Shown piece by piece: positions 25,690 to 36,350 of a stretch of 64,000 bases of DNA. Where the stretch lies: NCBI RefSeq assembly GCF_018350175.1, contig NC_058368.1, positions 46,068,001 through 46,132,000 on the forward strand, read 5' to 3'. Position 1 is the stretch's first letter; each line of letters starts with the position of its first letter. Below the pieces are notes generated by a model. It saw nothing but the letters and a program-made list of their open reading frames with translations, had not been told where the DNA came from and made no database searches. Both the position numbers and the translations under genes were made by a program. The stretch is from Felis catus. Lineage: Eukaryota.

Positions 25690-25965
25690 GCAGTGCATTG
25701 GTGATGATCTTGAAGTGTATCGTATAGATTCTGGCAAAAGTATAGTCCAGAATCTATAGCTAAGAGCTTTACTTCACTACCTGCCTCTTAATAGATATAA
25801 TAGCATTAGACATATTATTAAACTTCCCTGAGCCTCCATTTTCTACTTTGTAAATTTTTAAATTGGCATTTTAAAACTCACGTAGAGTGGCTTAAATAAT
25901 ACTAACTTTAAATAGACTAGAATAGAGTAGCACGTATGCAACAAAATTATTGCACAGTGCCTGAA
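25690..25965 (+). mobile_element. MIR
   Basis: attaaacttccctgagcctccattttctactttgtaaa...gcacagtgcctgaaac. Confidence 0.65.
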
Positions 25966-26299
25966 ACTGTTTCTCCTTCCATAGAATAAAGTAAATAGAC
26001 TAGAACGCACTGGGTCCCTTTCTCTTGTAATCCTCACTGGTTCTGCTGTACATTTCACATTTTATAATATGAATACAATTATATTTTTCCTATCTATGCA
26101 CTGTGTCTCCTGTCTTCCCAACACTTTGTTTTTCCAGAGCTCCTTCTTTGTAGTTATTTACACCTTTCAGTCACAAGTCCTTAGAGCCTAATTAATACTA
26201 AGGATAAAACTTCGACTGAAACAGACAGAATCTATGTTTCTGATCCAGTCATAAAAAGTTAAGTCATTTATTTATTTACTACAAATGATGATTCTCATT

Positions 26300-26520
26300 G
26301 AACACAGAGCTTCGGCATTTGAAGCCAAAACTGGGTTTGAATTCTGGATCTATTTACTATTTCAGCATCCTTGGACCAATCATTTAGAAACTGTCTGAAA
26401 TGTTTTTACTATCTCTGAAAAGAAATTAATACTTCTTTTTCTACCATCCAGATTCCTGAGAATCAACTACAATAATGCTCTGCATTTTGTACATTAAAAA
26501 TGCCCAGAAACTATTAGTTA
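26300..26520 (+). mobile_element. MIR
   Basis: tttgaagccaaaactgggtttgaattctggatct...ccttggaccaatcattta. Confidence 0.7.
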
Positions 26521-27099
26521 TATTTATTTATATGGCATTATGAATTCCTTGTCAATTACCCTAAAAGCCAAGGAGCCTAGTCATGAAGACAGTCCCTCTC
26601 CTGTGAGGATGTTTGGAGAGAAAAATAACCTGGAATCCATGGCCACATTGTATATATGCCAGGGTAGTCAGAGAATGAGGCAGGAAAATTGTCCCTTGGG
26701 CAGGAAGATAAGAAGTGAGACCCTACAGCTCCTGACCTCAAGTACCTTGTTTTTGCAGGCATCCAGCCAGGCTCTGGAGAGCTCCTACTCTAGAAGTAGG
26801 TAAATTAGCAGTTAGATTGTAAAGGGTGATTAGTGCTTAGTCTCTGATGCATTCAGCCAACTCAAGCTACTAAGACTTGTCTGGAAATTATTACAAGGCA
26901 TTTTTGGGGAGCTACCAGTTCATCAAGTTAAAGATAACAAAAACTCACATAATTTATCTAAACGAACGTCTACAGAACGTCTACGTCTTAACATCTCTCC
27001 TTTCCTTTCCCTTACTCAATTCTTGCTAGAAGTACGGGAAGTAAACTCATCCAGAACAGAAACAAGCACAAGTTTAAGCCGCAAGCATCACTGAAGCCT

Positions 27100-27990
27100 C
27101 AGGCATGCACAGTTGAACAAGATATTATTAACCTCGTGGAGCCGCAGCGTGCAGGTGTATGTCAGGTACCAACACAGGCCTGTAACAGTCTGGGGGTTAT
27201 ATGCAAGTACAGAGGTTTACCTTGTCTAACTTAAAAGCAAGATCTTAAGAGATCTTAATTCATTGAAAGTGTAATCCAGGGCTCACAGAATTAACAATAG
27301 TCTAAAAACACACGGTTTAGAAAGTGAGCATGAAAAAAAACAGGCTGAAAACAGGAACCATAGCAAAGTCCACTTAAACTCTACTGGCTTCACAGAGAAA
27401 AGGTGCCACAGTAATTATGGCATTTCAACATTGTCATGTTCTGTGCCAATCACTAAAGATTCAAATTTGCAGGAGATAGATTATAATAGATTGAACCTAA
27501 ACCACCTAAGTGACCCCTGATGGGCCAGTAGGGGGATAGGGAAGCCATAAGTCCTCCAGCTTTCAGACTGAGGGTGGCCACTGTCTCCTAACAGGACTGT
27601 ACACAATTGAGGATACCTAGAAGAGAGACTTTTTTGCTAATAAAAGGATCTAAGAATAATAAATTCCATTTCACAGACCTAAACCATGGTCTCTCATGAT
27701 CCAGTTGAAGCATTCTTATTCCAGGCAAAGGTTCTTAAACATGTTCTTAAAATCATGATCATTAAATCAACAAAACCAATAGAGCCATGTTACAAAACAC
27801 AGCTATGCAGGAGTATATTTTGCCAGTACCATGGACAGGGGAATCGACACCTACCCAAGCAACTACCAAAGATGGTGTTCAGTGCCTTCCATATTGCACA
27901 TAATGGGCATTCATCTTTCACTCAGCTACAGGCAACAAAAGAGATTTAAGGCAGCTCTTGGGTGACATGTTGCCTGTTTATAGATTCCTA
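27100..27990 (+). mobile_element. Ancient RTE-clade LINE remnant (L4/RTE-X or MamRTE-like)
   Basis: Collinear degenerate peptide motifs of the RTE reverse transcriptase C-terminus across frameshifts; see finding. Confidence 0.6.
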
Positions 27991-28369
27991 CTAGAAACCA
28001 AAATATCACTTGGTGGCGATCCACTTAAGAGCTGCTGACAGGCACATTACCTATTTACCCAAAACCAATTCACAGACCAACCCCTCTTCTTTGCTGCTAG
28101 ATCTTACCTTTTCATTTAGAAACTAAAAGTGTCAAAGACTCATTTCCCCTGTCTCCCTCCTTCATCTAGGGGATGGACAAATGACTCAATAGATGCCACT
28201 AAAATTTCACAGTAAGTGATCTGGGTAGAATCTTGATTAAAAAAGAGGTATCCAAGGGGAAAAAATCTTCTTTCTTTTTTGATATTATAATCTGAGGCTG
28301 TGGTACACAGATTTGTTATGAACATTCAAGTACCTTAAGAAGATAGAGAAATTAATTTTAAGAGAAGCT

Positions 28370-28830
28370 AACTCAGAAAGCCTTGAAATCACTTCTCTCT
28401 GGAATGATTGACATGTGAGAAAATCTGTCCAGTTTTAAGCCTTTGTAGATGAGTTTTACGTTACTTGCAACCAAAAGCATACTGACCGATAAGTAATCTG
28501 AGAATGGGAAGTAGGTTGTCACATTTAAGAGATCCTAAGAGAAGAACTGGCAGAGTAGAGGATACAGAACTGAGAACTTAACTATCATAGGCTGAAAAGT
28601 TGGCAGTCATCATGAAGCAGTAAGCATGTGATGAAACGGTTTCCTGATATACCATGGAATATTAACTAGCCCTGAATCTTTAATGTTATGGGAAATGACA
28701 AGACAATTCAGAATATTGGTATTTGTCGTCTATTACTTGTGGCATTTTGCGAGGTCCTATAGAAAAGATAAACCTAGTCTAAAGTCAGCTGGTCTGGAAG
28801 AAAGCAAAGAGGGAAATATGGCCCTTTAAT
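28370..28830 (+). mobile_element. MaLR LTR 3' end plus start of MLT1 internal sequence
   Basis: LTR terminus gttacttgcaaccaaaagcatactgaccgata (~28460-28491), then internal sequence resembling 37340-37590. Confidence 0.65.
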
Positions 28831-29479
28831 AGTGGCAGTTCCCATCTCTTTCCTTATCTTCCACCATTCTAGTGAATCTGAGCCTATTTAAAGGATTGAG
28901 ATTTAGGCCAGTTTCACTTTGGCAATAGTGTCCCACCTATTTTCCACCTTACAACTGGCCCCACTGGTATTCACAGCAATGATACCTTTCAAACTCTTGC
29001 TTATAGTAGAGAAACCATTTATGTGTGCCTTTTAGGGCTTTCTCGAAGTATCTACATACTTTTTTCACTGAGAAAAAACACTGAATTTATTATACAAGTG
29101 CACCCTGGGTTTAATACAAATTAATCTATACACTGAGACCGCAGACTATATATCACATTTATAAAAATGTATGAGTTCGACAAAGAATTCAAACATAGGT
29201 ACCAATAAAGAATAGAAGTTCAAGTAATAGTGTGCCTCATGACAAACATATGCTATATGAGATGATATATATTTACATAAAAAAATCAGGGGTGATTATT
29301 TACTACTTAAGGAATTTATCACTTACAATAGAGGTTGTACAACTTCCAAATGACTTTTGAATTTTGATGTGATTTCTAGAAATTTGATTTGCATGTAATT
29401 CATAACATATATATGGTTACAAAATAAGCTACTTTATTCTTTATTGTGTGTTATTCTTTAAGACAATAATCATTTAAAC

Positions 29480-29705
29480 CAGAGATTGGAAAACTATGAC
29501 CTTCAGAATAAATGCTTGTTTTGTAAATAAAGTTTACTGGAACACAGCCATGCCCATTTGTTGCAAACTGTCTAGGGCTACTCTGGGAGTACAATGGCAG
29601 AGTTGAGTGGCTGAGACAGATAGCATTTCTTGCAGGCCCCAAATAGTTACTATTTTAAAGGGACAAGACTTTAAGAAAAACTGTATGCCAATATGCCAAC
29701 TCCTG
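29480..29705 (+). mobile_element. MER58A (hAT-Charlie MITE)
   Basis: ttttgtaaataaagtttactggaacacagccatgcccatt...acaatggcagagttgagt; termini cagagattgg / gccaactcctg. Confidence 0.9.
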
Positions 29706-29946
29706 TTCTATTTTTTAAAGGAAATTTATACCTCTATTAAGATGTGAAAGTGGGTTTCTCTAGGGATCAACTAAAATCTGGACTTTAAGTTTTGTTGATT
29801 CCAATCTAAAGACGAAAAACACAAAACTTAAATTGTGATTTCAAAGGAATTGTAACAACTAGAGCTTTTAGCTTCATCTCCTCCCTAAGTGTAGTCTCCC
29901 TTCTTTCCTTATTCTAAATGATTACAGCAATACATGTGGACATACC

Positions 29947-30437
29947 TGTGGCAGAATCAAGCCAGGTGCACACCAAGGCTAATGTGGACAAGACAAGATT
30001 TCTCAGCCTCACCTACAGTTGGTTTAGGGCCATATGATTGGGTTCTGTCACTGGAGTAAACAGAACTGATCTATGCCCTGCCAGACCTATTCATAAAATA
30101 TCCCATGTAATCCTCTAGTCTCTCTCCCACTTACATGGCTGAAAGTTCAGGATGCTGAGATGACCCAGACACTAATGGAAGGATCCTCAAGTCACTCCCA
30201 TTCACATGGGAGATAGAGAAGTCCCTTGTGAATGGGAGATGGCTGAAAGCTCAGGATGCTGACATGGCCCAGACACCTGAGGGTCTCTCAGGTCACTATA
30301 GGAGAGTCACCCAAAAGATCCTCACAATCTACCTTGGACTGTGGTGAAGGAAAAATGGATATTTTCACAGTAGGGAGCAAATAAAATGTGAAGTTATTTG
30401 TTGAAGCAACCGATATACATTATCTTGACTAATATAA
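29947..30437 (+). mobile_element. MaLR solo LTR (MLT1H/I-like) with internal rearrangement
   Basis: Starts tgtggcaga; tttagggccatatgattgggttctg; ends ttatttgttgaagcaa...tatcttgactaata. Confidence 0.75.
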
Positions 30438-33259
30438 CACTACACAAAGGTTTTAATTATTTTTATAATCCTCTTTTTAAATTTATAAATTAAATTGGTT
30501 ATTCTCTTTCCATTTTCTGGTACCAATTCACTTCCAAGATGTTTGTGAATGTCTAAACACATGTGATCTCATTTCCATTTTTCTCTCTGTTTCCCACTTT
30601 TGCTGAACTTGATCTGATTACCATTTTGCCATTAGAAGATTTTCTCTTTTCTTTCTACCATGATAAAGTTATGAAAAACAACCTGTTTTCCATAATTATT
30701 TGAGAATACCGCTCACACAACCTTTACCAAATGTTTTTAGAGGATGAATTCTATTATCATGAAACAAACACATACATTTTAAGCATTAGGCAAACCTCTG
30801 AAAAGTCTTTTAGTCTCTCCTACTTCCAGGAATTTCTCCCTGACATATATTTCCCTCACCCATTTCCACCTGTTCCCTCATTTCCTCTTCTTTCTCTTTT
30901 ATTCTCTGTTCCCCCAAGGAACTCCTTTTAACATTTTCTGCCAGTGTGTTTTTTTATCCTAGTTTTAGTTCATTCAAGATCATACTCATACTCAAGTGCA
31001 TCCATTAGGATGTGCTCATTAAAAAAAAAAGTTATTCACTTGACAACACTTCTGTAAATACCACTTAAAATAACATCTTTTTCTTCTCACCCTGAGGATA
31101 TCTCTCATCTTCAGAGCCCCACCTCCACCCCTCTTCTACCCATCCCCCATGATCTGAAGAGAGTCTCCAAGGATATACTGATCTACATTTTTAAGAACAT
31201 ATTTTAGTACATAGGCCAGAAACATATGGTTAGTAAAATATGTGAGGTTTCCAGGTTTCCACATGTGAGAGATCCAGGCCTTGGGATCTCTGGTTACCAT
31301 GTGATCCTTCAATGAGGCACTCATACAAAGATGCTGCTGTTCTTTCCAGCACATCTTATAGGTTCTACAGGCAGTTCAGTACCAGCTAATTCTTAAACCC
31401 AAGCTTATAAAGATCAAACTCTGCCATTGAATTTCTTATGTAATGGTTGAATTCAGATCCCTGAATTACTAAAAGGGAAACACAGACCACGTGTCTTGAT
31501 CAGTGGTAGTAAACATCTCAGATTACTTCTGTATTACACAAACACTGTGAGCTATATCTATTAGAAACAACAAGAAAAAAAAAACGTTCAGAAAAGAGGC
31601 AATACAATGAAATTGGCAGAATAGTGATTTTTGCAGTCAAGGCTTACAAAACAAAAAGAAAGCTAAACTGAAATAAACCCAAGCCTTAGAACTATTTGTT
31701 AGAGTGCAGTGGGTGAAGGCGTGTGTAAAAAGTCCTGACAGAGCCATATTATAGTTCTCTATCGGATTCTTATGCAGGCTGGCATAAAGCTACCATTAAT
31801 TGCTTGAGGGCTATATAACCCTTTTTTATTGAGTTTATTGAAAAGAGTTTTTGAGAAATGTCTATCCAACTCTGGTGAGCTGAGTAGGTTAAATAAAGCT
31901 TAAACAAAGCTTTTTCCATCTCAAGCATCCAAGTTACTCGGCATTTTCAGAATCACAGTGAGACCCCAGAGACAAGAGTCGACAAAACCAGGCCATAAAA
32001 TCAGGAAGGCATTGAATGTTTGGATTCAGGACTAGACACGGGGAAAATGAAAAGAATGCCTTTAAAATGTGCACTCTCTGCAACAAAGCAAAACCAATTT
32101 ACGAACATTTTTTTGAGACTGCAGAGGAGGGACATTGTGTTTTCAGAAAGTAAAACAAACCTAAAGTATTTGCAAATCCTTTATGTGTCCATGTTTTCTA
32201 GGGCTCCCCATACATATTTCTAACAAGTTGTTTACCTAAGTCTTAAATAATTTCGGGGTTCCTCTTTAATCATGTGGCCACATAGAAACATTGCTGGGAC
32301 CTTTTCCAAAGCCTTGCTAATTAAGTATCTTTGTCAGTGAGAGACCCAGAAACTCCATCTTACTAACTTTGTACCAAATCTCCTTCTCTATTTCTTAAAG
32401 TTTCATTTTATTGACCAAGAATTCTATCAAGAAGTGTGCAAAAAGTTAAATATTAAGTTTGAAGCAAGCATAAGTTTTTGTTCCATTTTTAGAAATTAAT
32501 AATAAATATTTGATGCTGTCATTTCCAAATTCATCTTATATTTGGGTCAATATTAAACTTACACATACGTCATATTATATTCACTCTAAATATAACATTA
32601 TGCATATCACTTCCTGAAACGATTGATTCAAATATTTTTATTCCAGATTTCCCTTTTTGTCCAGCTCTAACCCTCGATTTTCTTCCAATTTTGAAGCATA
32701 ATATTATATATTATTCTAACTTACATCTCTATTTTTAAGATTATAATTTTCTGATCTGTATTAACAAGTTGATACTTTGTTAATTTCATAGGTAATAAAT
32801 GTTATGTTTCAAAATCAATCTTGGTAGCCACATGGACACCAAGTTGTTCGTTATTTTTGAAATGTATCATGCTAAATTTTATAATGATTAGTAGTTTTTC
32901 TTTCTTTTCTCATTCTCCCTTCTCATTTCATGGACTTGCAAATATGGGTTAGCTCCTCATCAATATGTAAAGTGAGTCTGAAACACTGATTTATACAAAT
33001 ATATTTTCCTTAACATCAGTCAAAAACAGTAAATGCACAATATCATGTACCCACATAATCAATACTTTTAAAAGCATTTTATTAAAAAAATATCTTAATT
33101 CTTAAAATTTTTAAAAATCAAGTCTTTAAAATTCTACTCTAAGATTAGGTAGATTTTCTCCTATATTTTCTTTTAGGTTTTTGCTGTTGTTATTGTTGTT
33201 GTTGTTATTTCATTTACCTTTGAATCAAATTGATACTTTAGTTAAAAATCAATCAAACA

Positions 33260-33352
33260 GGGGCACCTGGCTGTCTCAGTCAGTAGAGCATGCAACTCTT
33301 ACTCTCAGGTTGTGAGTTCAAGCCCAATGTTAAGCATGGAGGCTACTTAAAA
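33260..33352 (+). mobile_element. Short tRNA-derived carnivore SINE (SINEC_old-like, no CT tract)
   Basis: ggggcacctggctgtctcagtcagtagagcatgcaactct...gagttcaagccc...ctacttaaaaa; TSD aaaaatcaatcaaaca (33244-33259) / aaaaatcattcaaaca (33353-33368). Confidence 0.9.
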
Positions 33353-33409
33353 AAAAATCATTCAAACATTCCCATGTGGATCTATTTCTGGCTATATAGT
33401 CTTTTCCTT

Positions 33410-35390
33410 TCATCCTGAGTCATCTTAGGTAAGTTTGTGGTTTTAGGAATTTGTACATTTTATCTAGTTATCTAATTTATTGGTGTATAAGTGTTTATAG
33501 TGTTCTCTTACAATCTTTTTATTTCTGTAAGGTTATTGTAATGTCCCCACTTTCATTTCTAATTTTATTTATTGGTGATTTCTCTATTTTCTTAGTCCAT
33601 CTAAACATTTTTCAATTTTGTTGGTCTTTCTAAAGAATCAACTATTGGTTTCATTGATTCTATTGTTTTTCTAGTCTCTATTTTAGTTACCTCCACTCTA
33701 ACCTAATTTTTTTTTAATTTTCTTCCTTCTGCTAGCTTTGGATTAGGTCACTTCTTTTTCTCTCTCCTCAAAGTATAAAATTAGGTTACTGATTTAATTT
33801 TTTTAATGTAGGAATTTACAGTTTTCATTTTTTTTCTGAGCACTGCCTAAGTTTATTCTTCTGACAGTTTATCAAGCTTCTTGGATGTGGAGATTCATGT
33901 CTTTCATCACTTTAGGGGGGTCTGTTTGGTCATTATTTCTTCAAATATCCTGTCTGCTCCTTTTTTGCTTCATCTCCTTTTGGTACTCCCATAATGTATA
34001 TGTTCTGTTCACTTTTCTTCATCCCTCTTTCTTTCTGCCCCTGACTCAATAACTTCAACTGTCCTATTTACAAGTTCATTGACTCTTCTACCTGCTCAAA
34101 TTTGCTGCTGGATGCCTCAAATAAATTTTTCATTTCAGATATTGTACTTTTCAGCTCTAGAATGTTTCATGTTTATAATTTCTATCTCTTGACTGATATT
34201 CTAATTTTATTTACACATCATTTTCCTGATTTCTTATAGTTCTTTACTCATGAATTCCTTTAGCTATTATAGCTATTCCTTGAGTTTTTAGCTATTTGAG
34301 TTGTTTTCAAGTTTTCACCTCCTAAGTATGATCTTCTTTATTTTTTGTCCATATACTTTGTTCCTTAGAATGAGGAATATTTCCTGTTTCTTTCTGCATC
34401 TTGTGATTTATGTTTATTGAAAACTGGGCTTTTAAAAATTAAAATATATTAACTCTGGAATCAGATTCTCTGGCTTCCCCAGGTTCTGCTGCCTTTTCAG
34501 GTATTGAAGACAATGGTAGTCTACCTGTCCAGTGACCTCAAACTATTCCCACAAAGACTTCACTCTTTGCCATGTACAGCCACCAACATCTCTGATTCCC
34601 AGCTTGTATTCAACTAGTGTTTTGATACAGATATCCTTGAATGTTAGGAGCCAACAATCAAAAAGGAGCCAGCCTTTTCATATTGGCTCTGTTTGGTCAC
34701 TCCTTCCATACTTAGCACTCCTTCCATACTTAGTAGTCAGCCCAAAGTGAAAGCTTGGGGTATTCTCAAATATTCTCTGAGTCTTGACCAGGGCATATGC
34801 ATGGCTTTGTAAATGCCCCAATATAGATGCTGCTTTTGAGTGTTCTAATTTCCCCAAGCTTAGTTTAAGCTCAGTCAAGTCTCAGGTGCTCTATTGTTTG
34901 TTTTGACTATTATCTTTTCCTAACGCTTATGAAAACTGTTATGTAAGCTTACAGTGTTTTTGAGTAATGCCCACCACTAGAGTTCCCAGTTAGGTGGCAA
35001 GAGAGACAAGATAAGTGCTTTACATCAGTCCTTCAGGCAGCCCCCAGACAGGTTTGAAGAGATGTACAAATAATTTGCAAATAGCTCTGCTTTGCTCCCT
35101 CTGAAATAAGTGGGTTCCCCCTTGGAAATGCAGGCTGTTGTTTTAAAACAAAGACCTCCACAGCCATGGTGAAGGGTGGACAAGGGCAAGTAAAAACACA
35201 CAAAACTTTCCAATCTCCTTAAATTTACCTTTTTCTTGATTCAGCAGTTGCTTGGCTTGTGTAAACATCTTGACTGCTTTCCAAAGTTCTGACAAATTTG
35301 CTTTGGACAGTTTCTGTTTGTTTTTTCAATGTTTCCATGGGAGGAGGAGAGCTAGTAGCTGCCTTCCACAGTTTTACTGTCACTTCCTTT
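33410..35390 (-). mobile_element. Old L1: ORF2 piece (33410-33850) joined to ORF1 and 5' UTR (33850-35390)
   Basis: Antisense ORF2 (ttggtctttctaaagaatcaactattggtttcattgatt) and ORF1 (cattatttcttcaaatat...attgtacttttcagctctagaat). Confidence 0.8.
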
Positions 35391-35729
35391 ATGCCCATTC
35401 TTGAAGCGACTGAAGTCTTGTGTTGAGAAGGATTGTAAGGCTAAGTCAAGTCAAGTGGGAGAAAATGTCAAGATTGAGTAGTTATGTCTGTTATAGCATA
35501 TTAAAAAGAACATAACAGCAAACAGTCCACATAGTTACCAACTCCCGACAAGCCCAAATAATACTACATGATTTGGTCAACTACAGTCTAGAATAGGGCC
35601 ATGATTACTGAATTATCACTCTCATACTGACTGGAAATATTCAAAACTATACCTGTGCATATACATTTTCACGAGGGAGCATGCTACTGACACAAAGATA
35701 CCCATCTATCCAAGGACAGGATGCTCTTA

Positions 35730-35960
35730 ACAGTGTGGTATGGTGAATCAAGAGGAAAACTTAGTATCAGATATACTTAGGTTCAAATTATGGATTTACT
35801 CTTTATTAGTGTGAATTTAAGCAATTGGCTGAACTCTTGGCTTAAGCAAGCTTATTTCTAAAATGTTTCATTGAATTTGTTCTTAATTTTTTTTAACAGT
35901 TTGTTGAAAACAGCAAGCAAGATATCTGTGAACAGGCTTCAATCTACTAATATTGATGAT
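35730..35960 (+). mobile_element. MIR
   Basis: cagtgtggtatggtgaa...tcagatatacttaggttcaaat...gtgtgaatttaagcaa. Confidence 0.55.
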
Positions 35961-36350
35961 TACTATTATGACAGCTAGAGTAACACCAGCCCCAGGCATA
36001 GGCTACTGAGAAGGTAAATAACAGGAGGTAGTGAAGTTGCTCATAACCAGGACAACAGTGCTCATCTATTTTGATTTACTCAAGAGGATCTCAGTTCATA
36101 GCCATTAACCCAACATACAAATACTGTCCTCTTTCAATGTTAAAGTGTTCTGATTTGGATAAATTAGAAGGTTGTCCCAAGAATGATGTTATGGATATCA
36201 TACCATAGTATATTGAGCTCCTAGAAAGGATTCCAACAATAATTTCCTAGTGGTTTACCAGAGAAGAAAAGATCAATACCTCTGTACTAGTGATTTCATT
36301 GGAAATATATTCCCTCTTCTTTATCTTGCCTTCCCTCTCTCATTTTCTTC

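Noticed and set aside
26961..26990. gaacgtctac tandem with clustered CpGs
   Set aside because: A 10-bp local duplication, too short to support any function.
30124..30298. CRISPR-like repeat-spacer unit
   Set aside because: Only two imperfect repeats, inside a mammalian LTR, with no cas genes; better explained as a local duplication.
33260..33352. tRNA gene (A-box and B-box-like sequence)
   Set aside because: It has an A tail and TSD, and I cannot form a complete acceptor stem; this is a tRNA-derived SINE.
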